Positions 11,001-23,801 are shown, counted from the stretch's first letter. The stretch is DNA of 64,000 bases from Pirellulales bacterium (GCA_963733035.1 CAVTBU010000005.1:1920001-1984000), one strand, 5' to 3'. Notes: a model not told the origin generated them from the letters alone. Translations and numbers: made by a program.

Positions 11001-14000
11001 GCCGGTTTGAAACCGAGATCGGGGCGCAACTGATTGCCGAGGGCACCATCGATCAGCCGATCATCTTTACCTCGCTGTATGACGATCGCTACGGTGCCAG
11101 CGGCACGTCGGACACCACGAACAACGGATTGAATACGTTACCGGCTCCAGGCAACTGGGGGGGCTTTCTTTTTGGCCCCACTTCGGTCGGCAGCATCGAC
11201 CACGCGTTGATTGCCTTCGCCGGTGGCGAAACACGCTTCGAGGGATCTCCAGACAACATGGAGCCCGTGGAGATCGACCAGGCGCAGGTGCGAATCACCA
11301 ACTCGACGTTTGACTACAATCGCCTGGCAGGCGCCGGTGCGCGGAACGGCCGCGGTGCCGCGGACGCGAGCGTGGTCTACATTCGCGGCGCCCAGCCGGT
11401 GATCCTCAACAACATTTTCGAGAACAACACGGGCGGCGCCGTTATCAGCGTCAACGCCAATTCGTTGAATTCGACGCTCGTGGACGACTGGGGGCGGAGC
11501 CGGGCGCCATTGGTTATGCCGGTTCCTATCCCACCAACGACGGCCCGCTGATCCGCAAGAACCTGGTTGGCAACAATTCGCTCAACGGGATGGCGGTGCG
11601 CGGCGGGTTGCTGACCGTCGACGGCGTGTGGGACGACACCGACATCGTGCACGTCGTGACCAGCACGATTTCTGTGACGAATCAACAGTCGCTGACCGGG
11701 ACGCTCCGTCTGCAGAGCAGCCCGACCGAAAGCCTGGTGGTCAAGTTACTGGGCACGAACGTCGGCCTGTTGGCGGGTGGTACCGTATCGGACGTTACGG
11801 ACCGCCTTGGCGGATCATTGCAAATCATCGGCACGCCGGGCCACGCGGTCGTGCTGACCTCGCTGAAGGACGACAGCGTCGGCGCCGGATTGACCCCCCA
11901 AGGGACACCGCAAAAAGATACGCTCAACACCAAAGGCGTGGTGGCGCCCGAGCTGCCCGACCTGCCCAACTCCGGACCGATCATTGTTGATGCGGCAGCC
12001 CGCGACGAGCATGGCTCGGACTTTGGCGGCATCCAGGGATGGCTTACGCTCTCCAAGGAATTGCAATACGTCGTTACCAACTCGCGCGTGGAAAACAAGC
12101 CGAACCTCGTGCTGGTCGTTGGCTACGAGACAGATCCCAGTCCGTTGGACCTGGGGTCGGCGTATAGTGCGGAGGCCATCAAATGGGCGGCGGGCAAAAT
12201 CGGCGTGCAGCTCGAGTTTGCCCAGACCGGCTCGGATATCGCCGGTGCGATGACGCATCTGACCGACTATGCGGCCGTGTACGTGTCGTCAGACAGCAGT
12301 TACCCACTGCCGGACTTTCGCGCCGACAGATACAAGAGCATCAAATGGTTTGGCGGGGCAGCGGATTTCATGTTGGAGACGCTGAACCTCAACAAATCTT
12401 TTCTGACCAACTACGTCAACAACCAGGGGGGCGGCCTCTTGGTAATGGCGGAGGATGGCTCCGCACATCCCTATAATTTCCTGCAACCGGCTGGTGCGGA
12501 CCCGATCATCCTCAAGAAAGTAGGCGGCAACGTCGAAACGGCCACCACGTCGTCCGAACCCAGCTTTGACGCGATCGGTTTGACGGATATCTATCTCAGC
12601 GAAGGCGTCCCTTACCGGTTCACGTTTCAGGGTTCGACGAACTTCAACCGGCTGCAGCCATTTGCCGTCGATCCCGTTACGGGCGATGTCGCCATGTTGG
12701 GGCAGGTGGCCGGCGGCAAGGGGCTTGGCGCGCTGCGCGACGTGCTGTCGCCCGGCGATTGGGGGAGCGTGCAGCTCGGCGCCCTGAGCAACGACACGAA
12801 CGTTGATCTGGTCAATGAAACCGAACAGGGCTTCACCTCGGCCGGCGATACCAATCAGACTCCCACGAACGCCCAATACATCGGCCAACTGGCAAAAGAT
12901 CAGTTCAGCGGTGACGACAACCAGCGGTTGGGTTTCGAAATTCACGGTGCCGTCAGCCAGACCGTCAACAACTCGGGCGGAGGCGACGTCGATGTCTACA
13001 GCTTCCAAGGCACCGCGGGCACCATGGTTTGGTTCGACATCGACCGTACGGCCGCGTCGCTGGATTCGGTCGTGGAGCTCGTTGACGCCAACGGCGCGGT
13101 TATTGCCCGCAGCGACAATTCGATTGCCGAAAGCGCCAATCCGTCTCTGCTCGTCGGTTCGGCCTTGCCGCTGCAGAGCGGCGCAGGCGGCACGAGTGAT
13201 TTTTCGCAGCCCGACTTCTACACAACGAATGAAAAGGACGCCGGCATGCGGGTCAGCCTGCCTGGCGCGGCCGGCACGGTCGGGACCTATTTCGTTCGGG
13301 TTCGTTCGAGCAGCACGAATCTTAACAATCTTACGGCAGGCGTAACCAAGGGTGCATATGTGCTGCAAGTGCGGCTGCAAGAGAAGGACGTGTTCCCGGG
13401 TTCGACGGTCCGCTATGCGGACGTCCGCTATGCAAACAACGGAATCGAGGTCATCGGCAAGCCCGAGCAATCCGCTTTAATTTCAAACACCGTGCAAACG
13501 GGGCTCGGGAGTTCAAGTTTCTCGAGTGCGCAAGACCTGGGCAACCTGTTGGAAAGTAACACTGGCACGATCGACGTGGCCGGGAATCTCAAGACTGCGA
13601 CCGACGTCAATTGGTACAAGTTCACGCTGAACTACGAGCAAATTCAATCCATCACCGGTTTGAGCGACGGACTGAAAACGTTTGCCGCGGAGCTGCAGGT
13701 GAACTACGCCGACGGTCTGGGACGCCCCGATACGACGTTGTCGTTGTACGACGAAGCGGGCACGCTGTTATATGTTGCCCGCGACGGAGAAATTGCCGAT
13801 TCGCTGCCACGGCCTAATATCGGCGGTATTGGCACGGATACGGCCAACCTCGCGCATGGCTCGTACGGCGCGCTCGACCCGACGTTGGGGCCGATTCAGC
13901 TAAGCGCCGGCGCGCCGAAAAAATACGACTCCAGTGGCAATGTGATTCCCGACAGCGTGGTCACGTATTACGTGGCCATCAGTTCGAATGCCACGTTACC

Positions 14001-17000
14001 CGCGGCGATGACGGCCAGCTTCGGCAGCCCGTTACAAAATCCGCTGATTCGGCTCGAGCCGGTGGATTCGGTCAACCGAATTGTCGATGACCGCGTGGGC
14101 TCCAGTGGGGGCGGGACCACGACCGCGGGGAGTGCCGGCTCGTTATTTCCTGTCACCAGCAACGATAATACGACTGAACTGAACACCTACGCGGACAGTT
14201 ACCAATTGGGCGACGTGGTGTTGTTTGTCAACACCGAAAGTCAGACTCCGACCGGCGGTACGACCGACGGACTTGCCACGGTTAACCCGTTCACGGGTCA
14301 GAAAATGACCAACGGTGCCTTGGACGCAAATAGCGGGGTGACCGGCTACGACAATATTGCCATGCGTAACGATGGCCGGCTTTTTAGCCTCAGCAACGGC
14401 TCGTCGCCTGATAACACGGGAAATTACGTGCAATTCGACACGTCCACCGGCAATATCGTAAGCAGCACGGACGATCAGCTTAAGACGTTCAAAACCACGA
14501 GTGGCACGGGGAAAAACTCGGATCCGTACATGTTCAGTCAGGTCCAAGTCGGTGTCCAGTACACGGCGATGGCCTATTGGCAAAGCGATAATAACACCAA
14601 TCGGCGTCTGTTTGCCATTGGCGAGCGCGACGCGGCAGGGAGCTTGCCAGGAACGATTCGCGTTCAGAATCTGCTCTATGAGTTGGACCCCGATACGGGC
14701 CAGGTCCTGCACGTCGTAACAGGCGCCGAAGCCTTTACCCCCTTTGAAGAGATGATCCCGGGTACGGACGCGATTCCGGTCGGCGAATTAGTAAACGTCA
14801 GCCAGCAATTGGTCGGCATGACGATCATCGGCGATCGGATGTTCGCGATTACGGCAGAGGGGCAGTTGTACGAGATCAAAAACTTTTTGATCCCTCCGAA
14901 TGCCTCTACGTTTGTTTCCGAAACCACGAGTGCGGATGTGACACAAGCGAGCGCAACTCCGGTCGGCCAAATTCCCTTGCCTGCGGGAGTCACCCTCACG
15001 GGGCTATCCGCGGGGCCGCCGCATGTGGAAGGCGGCGCCTATCAGAATACGCTGTTCGCCATCGACACCAATGGCAAGCTGTATTCGTTCGATACCAGCG
15101 GTAACGCGCGCGGGGTATTCCTCAACGGCGCTTGGACCGTGGATACCGGAGTGTCGAACGCGCAAGGCCTGGCGTTCTCGTCGCTGGACTACAATCTTTG
15201 GCATGCAACTACGAGTCGAGGTAACGACCCCGGTCACGGCATCGATCCGAGTGCCGATAAGAACGTCGCCCGCAACAATTCCACCGACGGCACGAGTTAT
15301 TACTTTGGCCTTACGTCTTCGGACGGGCAACCGGGCGCAGCCGCATACGGCAGCAATCCCGATATCCTGAACACTTATGCGCTGCCGGGCGGTGCCTATG
15401 GCACTCTGACCTCCACGACGTTTGATCTGGCCGGATATTCGGCCTTCGACAAGCCGACGCTGTATTTCAACTATTTCCTCAACACGCCCGACAACAATTC
15501 CAACATCAGCGCGACGGACGCGTTCCGAGTGTTTGCATCGACCGACGGTGCCAAATGGGAGCTGCTGGCCACCAACAACGTGGTGCCTGGATCCAATTCT
15601 GAAAATCCCCAGGTGATCACTCCGAGCGGCGGTTCGTACAAGGGCCAGAGTGCCAACCAAAAGGTGCAGGGGCTGTACGACAACACGATGGTCGACCCCA
15701 CGACCGGGCAGGTCGTTACCAGCGACGGCGAAATGGTCTGGCAACAGGCTCGCGTCGACCTGGGTGACTATGCCGGCAAGTCGAACATTCGCCTGCGATT
15801 CGAGTTTACCACGGCCGGCACGATGGGTTCGGACTTCAGTCTCCAGGGAACCGGAGATACTCTGAAAGCGTTGCCCGGGTCGCAGTTGAACGACGGCGAC
15901 ACCTTCACCATCAGCGGCCACGATTTCGTCTTCCGCAAGGGAGTTCCCGCGACGCTGAGGAATGAGATTGCCATCAATGACACCGACAGTTCGACCACGG
16001 TTGCGCAGGCAATCGCAGCTGCCCTCGACCGCGTGCTTATTACCGACACGCAGCAAGTCACTTTGTCAGCAACGTCGGGCACTTTTACACTGGACTTTTC
16101 CGGAACGGTTGCGAATCCGATTGCGACCGAGACGACCGGAGCCATTGCCTTCAATGCTTCCGCGGCGGACGTGCAGGCAGCGCTCGAGGCACTGCCGAGC
16201 ATCGCTCCGGGAGATGTCAGCGTTACAGGCGGAAATGGAGGTCCGTGGAAGATTGCGTTCACGGGACAGTACGCGAATCAACCGATGAACTTGCTCGCAG
16301 GCAACGCTACTGCAGGCAGTGTGAGTGCATTTACCGTCACCGCGGCCGACGATCCGGCCATCTTTTCTAGCGCCAAAGTGGTGGGCGACGAGTTGCGGTT
16401 GTTTGGCAACACGATCACGTCCGCCGGACCGCTGCCACGCTTTACCGGTACGCTGACGGGTGACGATCACGGCAAGTTCGATTCGCGGACACGCGACCGC
16501 TCGTTATCGACCGTCGAAGGCGTGTACATCGACGACTTCGTAGTCGGCTTTGCCTCCCGCGGCGAAATGGTCAGCGGCGCGAAGAACCTCCTCGAGGATC
16601 CACTCGCAACGGACTTCGGCTCCGTGCCCGCGCCAGCGAACGATCCGAATCAAATTCTCACCGGCAATTATCAGTTGCAGATTCGACCCGCGCAATCGTT
16701 CGGCTCTGTGACGGATTCGGGTGGCCTGAGTCTCTCCGATTCGTTCGACGTCAACGATCGGTTCGCCCAGGCGATCACGCTGGTGGCCAACGCGGCCTCG
16801 CAGATTACGGACGGACAGACGTTCACAATCGACGATGGCAGCCAAGCACTGAAGTTCGAGTTCAATTTGACGGGCGGCCAGACGGTGGCCAACAGCATCC
16901 TGGTGAACATTTCCGCCGGCGATTCGGCCTACACCGTGGCAACTAAGATTCGCGATGCGATCAATAATGCCGTGGTGAGCAAGGGCTTCAAGGTTCGGGC

Positions 17001-19062
17001 AGCGACCCGGGACGGCGGCGACCGCGTTGACCTCTTTGATGCCTTATCGGTAACGGGGCTGCAGGGGGTCGGCAGCGGGCTTAAGAACATTTTAGTGTTC
17101 AACACCGTCGGCGATACTCGACCGGTTCAGGGCGTTACGGCACCCGGGGAAACGATCGTTCAAGATTCCATCGTCAGCCATTCGCGACAAATTGGCATTC
17201 AGGTCATTCCCGTCATTGGCCAGATCGAAGAAACCGGCGTGGCTTTTACGACGCAGGGTCAGTTCCAGGTTGGGATACCTGGGAATACCGGCAGCATTGC
17301 CAACGTGCCGACCAACAACACGACGGGCTGGGTACCCGGTATTGCGATCAAGAACAACCTGGTAACCCACAGCGGCCGAACCGGCATTCAGATCGGTGGC
17401 GATCCCAACGCCAGTTGGGCCTACGAGCAGGGCCTGAGCGAGCTCGGTTGGGGCAGTACGGCCAGTTTCTCGAGTGCCGAACGGGACACTGAACTTTTCC
17501 TACCTTTTGTGCGCGTGATCAACAACACGGTCTATGACGCCCTGGTGGGAATCGCGGCCACGAACGCGTCCAGCCCAACGATCATGAACAACATCGTGGC
17601 GGACATCAAACTTGTCACCGGCAACGTGATTCGCTTCCAGGGGGCGGCAATCTACGTTGATCCGTCGTCGGGAGCTGCCCAGTCGCTGCCCAGCGGCGTA
17701 AGCAGCAAATTCGGTCTGTCGGTGGTCACGGCCAACCTTTATCAGAACAACAGCTTGAACTTCGCGGGCTCGTCCGAGTCGTTGGCCATCAATCTAGGCG
17801 CGAGCGATCCACTGTTCGTCGACGCGGCGAACGATAATTTCTATCTCAACGAGAATTCGATGGCGATCGACAGTAGCGTTGATTCGTTGCTCGACCGACC
17901 GGCGTTGGCCAACGTCGTGGCGCCGTTGGGATTTGCGCCATCTCCGATCCTCGCACCAGACACCGATCTGCTGGGGCAGACTCGCGTTGACGATCCGGCG
18001 GTCGATCCGCCCGCCGGCGTGGGTGGCAACGTGTTCAAGGATCGGGGTGCGCTCGAGCGGGCCGACTTCATTGGCCCCACGGCGGTACTGCTCAATCCGG
18101 TGGATAACGATGCGGCCGGAAACGACCGTAATGTGTTGACGAACCAAGTGCAGCTGGTGAACACCCTGCTGACGGAATTCACCATCCAGTTGATCGACGG
18201 CGGGTCAGGCATCGACGACAGTTCGGTGAATAGCAGTAAGTTCGTTATCCAGAGAACGATCGGCGGCGTCACCACGACGTTGGTCCCCAACCTGGACTAC
18301 GGCCTGGCCTATGACACGAATAGCAAGATCGTTCACCTTGTGCCGGCCCAGGGATTGTGGATTAACGGTACCTATACCATCAATCTCGATCGCACGGCAA
18401 ATGGCATCAAGGACCTGGCGGGCAACGTGTTGCAAGAGAACACGCCTCCCGAGACGAAGTTCGTAATCGACCTGACCGACACGATTGTCAGCGGTTGGCA
18501 GAATCCGACCAACAAATACGACGTGAACAACAACGGCGCGGTAAATGGCCAGGACCTGATTATTTTGATCAATCGCATTCTGATGAATCAGGGCGGACCG
18601 CTGCCGCTCGTGGCGACTCCGCCACCCTACCTGGATGTGAATGGTGACGGCGCCTTGCGTACCTCGGACATCCTGGGCGTGGTCAACGAGATCCTGCGTG
18701 AACAAGCGCAGGCCAGCGCGGCAGTGGCCGAACCGCAGATCGCGACCAATGACACAACCACAACCCCCTCGGCCCCGCAGGATGCTCCCATCGTCACGCC
18801 ACTTGTGGAATCGAACTCGGTGGCTGCCGGTTTGACGATGAGCCAGGCAAGTAGCCAACCCGAGGCCGAACCGACGGAAACCTATGCCCCGGTGAGCACG
18901 CCGGCTCCGGCTCCGGTTGCGGCACCACAAGCGGTGGCTGCGGCGATTGTGGACGATACGCCGGTTGCTGACGAAACCGAGGGGCTCAACGCATGGGATG
19001 CCGACTTGGACAGCATCTTGACCGACCTGAGCGGCGACTTACGGAAGCGCACGCTTGTCTGA
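8025..19062 (+). CDS. Giant (~3,680 aa) planctomycete extracellular multidomain protein with Ig-like, M10/matrixin-like zinc protease, PPC-like, right-handed beta-helix and C-terminal dockerin-like modules; split by two apparent 1-nt deletions (~8473, ~11501)
   Basis: N-terminal RSLRMEPFEERILLA signal. Frames 8025, 8564 and 11590 join seamlessly (…IVGAGAG/ALKDTDGLAFNGG…DLAPQVVAVVPQP; …DDWGRS/GAIGYAGSYPTNDGPLIRKN…). Motifs include HEIGHLLGLGH at 9410, ARNDDYYGKDS and DVDVYSF PPC motifs, GNWGG beta-helix repeats, and DVNNNGAVNGQD…DVNGDGALRTSD near 18500-18700. Confidence 0.85.
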
Positions 19063-19193
19063 GACAACGCAAAAGTGGAGATCTTCTCTCCCCAGAGACG
19101 CACCATCCAGACACGACACGATACGAAAAAGTTAACAAACATTCGCGGTGTGAGCACCGCCCAGTTCCAGGCTGACCACCAGAGACGACCATC

Positions 19194-22100
19194 ATGAGAT
19201 TTCAACGACGTCGCCGAGCGAACACACTACGCCGCACTGCCCCGGGACGAAACCGGACTCTGGTCCATCGGACAGGCATGCTCGAGATGCTGGAAAAACG
19301 GGAGATGCTGGCCGGCGACGTGGCCTCGAGCTGGCACAACTCGCTCAATCCCCGCGACGTGAACTTCGATCAACGGGTCACTACCAGCGATCTAATGGTG
19401 GTGGTCAACGAATTGTTGCGTAACGGCGCGCATTCGCTCGCCGCCGACCAGGCCACGCCGCTAACGTCGACGACTGGTGCGTCACACCCCCGATATTTGG
19501 ACGTCAATGGTGACGACCGCGTATCGGCCGCCGACGCGCTCATGGTGGTCAATGCGCTCCTGACGACAAACGACATGCTCATTAGCACGAGTGTGACTGA
19601 TCTGGCGGGCAATCCGATTACGGAGATCTCCGTCGGCGCACAGTATAAGCTGCAGACCATCGTGCAAGACATTCGCAATCCACCAAATGTGCTTGGCGGC
19701 GTGTTTGCGGCGGCCACGAAAATTTCATACGACTCGGGGCTATCGACCATCGACACCGGCCAAACCGTCCAGTTTGGCAGTTTTTTTGGCTTCACGCAGG
19801 CGTCCAACCTGCAACAGGGGCAAGTCGTTGGCTGGGCAGTAAGCAATAGTTTCGATCAAGCCCCGGGGACCGACCCTCAGTTTCTGTTCAGCGTCGTCCT
19901 GACCGCGTCGGCAGCGGGTGTTGAGACTTTCACACCCATGGTGGACGATACGGATCCTAATCACGAGAACCTGCTCTACGGCGACGACAACCCGATTACC
20001 GCGGTCCAGTTCGAAGGGACGACGCTGAACATAGTCGCCCTGCCCGGTCTCTCGGTGGGCGACGTAACGCAGACAGAAGGAAATACGGATTCAACCTTTA
20101 ACTTCACCGTGCAATTGTCGCAGGCATCGGCCGAACAGACGACGGTTCAATACTCCACCGCCGACGGCACCGCGACGGTAGCCGGCAACGACTATCTGGC
20201 CACCAGCGGCACGCTGACCTTTGCACCGGGCCAAACGACGGCAGTGATTCCCGTGACGGTCAAGGGTGATACGAACGTCGAACCGGATGAAAACTTCAAC
20301 GTCGTGCTGTCGAATCCGAGCTCGAACGCGACGATCATCGACAGCACTGGAATCGGCACGATTTTGAACGACGACGTTCAAGGATCGCTTTCAATCGTCG
20401 GCAGCACGGTTGACAACACTACCTCCGGTGCCACGGGATACGTCACGGTCACACTGTCGCAAGCGCTGACCTCCGCGGTGACCGTTCAATATGCCACGGC
20501 GGACAGTTCGGCGCTGGCGGGCGTGGACTACGTGGCCACCAGCGGCACGCTGACCTTTAACCCGGGTGGCAGCCTGACCCAAACGGTGCCAGTGAGCATC
20601 ATCGGCGACTCGACTCCGGATGCGGTTGAAGAGTTTTTCGTCAATCTGAGTAACCCGTCGGCCAATGCCTCGCTCGACGTCGCCCAGGCCACGATCCAGA
20701 TTAATCCGGCCGCCGTGGGGATTTTGGCGACCATCACACCCAGCGTGTCGCATTCGGAAGGCGCCAGCGGGAATCAGACGCCTTTCGTGTTCACCGTCTC
20801 GCTGTCGGCCGCGGCGACGGAGGACGTGACCGTGGCCTATACGACGGCGGATATCACCGCGAATGCCGGCAGCGACTACGTGGCCACCAGCGGCACCCTC
20901 ACTTTCCAGGCCGGCGTCACCTCGCAAACCGTGACCGTGCAAGTTACCGGTGACAACGTGGCCGAGCCAAGTGAAACATTTGCGGTCAATTTCCAGGCGA
21001 TCAGTGGCGCGGTCGGCAGCGGTCAGGGAATTGGCACGATCCTGGACGACGACGGCACGCCCACGCTGATCATCGACGATGTGACCGTTGCGTCCGGACT
21101 GGGCGTGAATCAGGCCACGTTTACCGTCACCTTGACGGGCGCTCTCACCAGTCCGGTCTCCGTCGGCTATGCGACCAGCGATGGTTCGGCCGTTGCGGGC
21201 ACCGACTACCTGACGGCCACGGGCAACTTGAATTTCACCCCCGGCGGGTCGACGACCAAGACGATTACCGTGACGATTCTCAGCAGCAGTTCGCCGCAGC
21301 CGGACAAGACCTTCTTTGTCAACTTGTCGAGCGTGACGGGGGGCGCGGTCATCGGCGACGACTTGGGGGTTGGCACGATTATTACCCAAGGCATTTCGAT
21401 TTCCGATGCCGTGGTGGTCGAAGGAAATTCGGGTACACGCGACGCCATCTTTACCGTCAGCCTGTCTCGCCAGTCGAATAGCGAAGTAACCGTCGCCTAT
21501 TCCACGCTGGATGGAACGGCCACGACCGCCGACAGCGACTACGTGGCCACCAATGGGATTTTGACGTTCGCGCCCAACTCGAGCACGCGGTTCATTACGG
21601 TGCAAGTCAATGGCGACACAGTGCAGGAAGCGAATGAGACGTTCAAAGTCGTGCTCTCCAATGCCAGTGGCGCGCCAATTTTCAATTCGCCGGGCACGGG
21701 CACGATCCTCAACGACGATGGTCAAAAGGTGACCTATTTGTTGCAGCTGACCGACACGTCCGGCAACGCGTTGCCGCTGGGCACGCAGTTCGATGTGGGA
21801 GCGGAATTCTACCTGAACGTGAGCGTCCAGGACGTGCAGATCGATCCGATGGGCGTCGCGCAGGCATTCATTGACGTTTCGTACAATGACGCTCTGCTTG
21901 ACGTTGACGAAAGCTCGCTCGAGTTCGGGTCGTTTTTTACGACCTTCACCAGCTCCGATTTTCAACCGGGCTTGCTCAACGACTTTGGCGCCTTCGGCGA
22001 TACGTCCGGGCCACCCGCCAATCCCGGCGACCCACAATTGCTGTATCGCGTCAAATTCACGGCCACCGACGTGGGGCTGGCCAACTTTACCGGTTCCGTG

Positions 22101-23801
22101 AACGAAGCCGATCTCAATGCCGGCGACGAGACCTTGCTGTACCTCAACGATTCGCCGGTGCCGTCGGATCAGATGAGCGTGGTTCCGCTCGGCGGCCTGT
22201 CGGTTAACATCGGCTCCAACGTGATCACCGTTGCCGACTCCAGCGCCTCGGAGGGAGCCGGGCAAATGGTCTTTACCGTCACGCGGTTCTTGCCTTCGTC
22301 AGACACGGCGACGGTGGTGTACAGCACCGTCGACGGCACGGCGATCGCCGGACAGGATTATACAGCCCAGACCGGCACGCTCACGTTCGACGCGGCGAAC
22401 ACCGTACGATACGTGACCGTGCCAGTGATCAACGATACGATCGATGAACCGGACGAAACGTTCTCGCTCGTGCTGAGCTCGCCGCAAGGCGCCAAAATTT
22501 CCGCATCGGCGGCCACTGGCACGATCCTGGATGACGACAATCCTCCAAGTGTTTCGGTCTCCGGCGGTTCGGCTTCCGAGGGCGACGGCGTCGTGTTTAA
22601 CATCAGCCTCTCGTCCATCAGCGGCAAGACCGTCACGGTCGCGTATGCCACCACGGGCACAGGCACGGCCACCTCGGGACTCGATTACACGCCAGTTTCC
22701 GGCACGCTGACGTTCGCCCCCGGCACAACGCTTCAAAGCGTGACGGTGCCCACGCTGGGCGATATCGTGCTGGAAGGCAACGAGACCTTCCAACTCGCCC
22801 TCACCAGTCCGACCAACGCCACGCTGGGCACGGCTCAGGCCAACGGTACGATCGTGGACGTGCCGCCGGCTGGCTTGTCTGGTTATGTGTACGTGGACTT
22901 GAACAACAACGGAATCAAGGACGCCAACGAGAGTGGTATTCAAGGGGTCATCGTGACGGCGACCAATTCGCTCACCGGCGTGTCACAAAGCACCACCACG
23001 AAAGCGGACGGGTCATACCTCCTGGTGGGTCTAATCCCCGGAACCTATACGCTCACCGAGACGCAACCAGGCTTCTACACTGACGGACGCGATACACGAT
23101 TCGGTGTCGACTCGCCGCTGAATGATCAGTTCGCCGGAATCGTGCTGGCACCCAGCGCGGGTGAAACCGGCTTCAACTTTGGCGAGGGTGGCATTCGGTC
23201 GGATTTCATCACCGCGTTCCTCAATCGTCGCGCATTGTTCGCGACGGCGGCAGTCGAAGGTTACGGCGTGAATATGAACTTGTCGGGCACCGTGCTCGAT
23301 CTGAGGACCGGTGATATCTGGGTATCGTTTGACGGCGGTTGGAGCGGGTTGCGACAAATTGACGCACTGTTCAACAGCGCCCAGGGCACGGCCAACATGC
23401 GGCTATACAATAACAACCTGCAGGAAGTGGCCGACTCGTCGCCGTCATCCACCGGAGCCGTACTGCTCTACAACGGTACCCTGGGGCAAACGTACTTCCT
23501 CAGGATCACCGGCAGCAACTCGAACGTCACCGTGCAAATCACCGAGCCGTCGTCGTTCAGCAACCTGGCTTCGACCGGCAGCCAGTCGTCCGACACGTCG
23601 CAGACGTCGACGGGCACTTCCTCGACCGGCAACACGTCAACGAGTTCGTCGAACACCACCTATATCTACGATCGTTTCGGCAATCCAATTCCGGTTGCCT
23701 CGCCATCGGCTGAACCGTTGGTCAGCACGGACGACGGCGACGGTTCGGACGAGGCCTTTGCAGACGACGAGGATTGGGTGCTCGACTCTCTGCTCGCCTA
23801 G
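19194..23801 (+). CDS. Large exported protein with dockerin-like domain, two cohesin-like beta-sandwich domains, seven Calx-beta repeats and an SdrD B-like domain
   Basis: MLEMLEKREMLAGD signal and DVNFDQRVTTSD…DVNGDDRVSAAD dockerin repeats. Seven TADG-x-A-x-AG-x-DY…GTLTF-x-PG…E-x-F-x-V-x-LS units are present. SGYVYVDLNNNGIKDANESGIQGV…GTYTLTETQP marks the SdrD B-like domain. Confidence 0.85.
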   Translation: MRFQRRRRANTLRRTAPGRNRTLVHRTGMLEMLEKREMLAGDVASSWHNSLNPRDVNFDQRVTTSDLMVVVNELLRNGAHSLAADQATPLTSTTGASHPRYLDVNGDDRVSAADALMVVNALLTTNDMLISTSVTDLAGNPITEISVGAQYKLQTIVQDIRNPPNVLGGVFAAATKISYDSGLSTIDTGQTVQFGSFFGFTQASNLQQGQVVGWAVSNSFDQAPGTDPQFLFSVVLTASAAGVETFTPMVDDTDPNHENLLYGDDNPITAVQFEGTTLNIVALPGLSVGDVTQTEGNTDSTFNFTVQLSQASAEQTTVQYSTADGTATVAGNDYLATSGTLTFAPGQTTAVIPVTVKGDTNVEPDENFNVVLSNPSSNATIIDSTGIGTILNDDVQGSLSIVGSTVDNTTSGATGYVTVTLSQALTSAVTVQYATADSSALAGVDYVATSGTLTFNPGGSLTQTVPVSIIGDSTPDAVEEFFVNLSNPSANASLDVAQATIQINPAAVGILATITPSVSHSEGASGNQTPFVFTVSLSAAATEDVTVAYTTADITANAGSDYVATSGTLTFQAGVTSQTVTVQVTGDNVAEPSETFAVNFQAISGAVGSGQGIGTILDDDGTPTLIIDDVTVASGLGVNQATFTVTLTGALTSPVSVGYATSDGSAVAGTDYLTATGNLNFTPGGSTTKTITVTILSSSSPQPDKTFFVNLSSVTGGAVIGDDLGVGTIITQGISISDAVVVEGNSGTRDAIFTVSLSRQSNSEVTVAYSTLDGTATTADSDYVATNGILTFAPNSSTRFITVQVNGDTVQEANETFKVVLSNASGAPIFNSPGTGTILNDDGQKVTYLLQLTDTSGNALPLGTQFDVGAEFYLNVSVQDVQIDPMGVAQAFIDVSYNDALLDVDESSLEFGSFFTTFTSSDFQPGLLNDFGAFGDTSGPPANPGDPQLLYRVKFTATDVGLANFTGSVNEADLNAGDETLLYLNDSPVPSDQMSVVPLGGLSVNIGSNVITVADSSASEGAGQMVFTVTRFLPSSDTATVVYSTVDGTAIAGQDYTAQTGTLTFDAANTVRYVTVPVINDTIDEPDETFSLVLSSPQGAKISASAATGTILDDDNPPSVSVSGGSASEGDGVVFNISLSSISGKTVTVAYATTGTGTATSGLDYTPVSGTLTFAPGTTLQSVTVPTLGDIVLEGNETFQLALTSPTNATLGTAQANGTIVDVPPAGLSGYVYVDLNNNGIKDANESGIQGVIVTATNSLTGVSQSTTTKADGSYLLVGLIPGTYTLTETQPGFYTDGRDTRFGVDSPLNDQFAGIVLAPSAGETGFNFGEGGIRSDFITAFLNRRALFATAAVEGYGVNMNLSGTVLDLRTGDIWVSFDGGWSGLRQIDALFNSAQGTANMRLYNNNLQEVADSSPSSTGAVLLYNGTLGQTYFLRITGSNSNVTVQITEPSSFSNLASTGSQSSDTSQTSTGTSSTGNTSTSSSNTTYIYDRFGNPIPVASPSAEPLVSTDDGDGSDEAFADDEDWVLDSLLA

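Noticed and set aside
521..22265. Long antisense ORFs (for example 2114-4018, 12289-13470, 20391-22265)
   Set aside because: These are shadow ORFs from GC-rich codon bias opposite well-supported genes, with no recognisable motifs.
20190..22720. Recurrent ~25-nt DNA repeats (GACTACGTGGCCACCAGCGGCAC-like) resembling a CRISPR or repeat array
   Set aside because: They are in-frame coding repeats of Calx-beta domains spaced more than 300 nt apart, and no cas genes are present.
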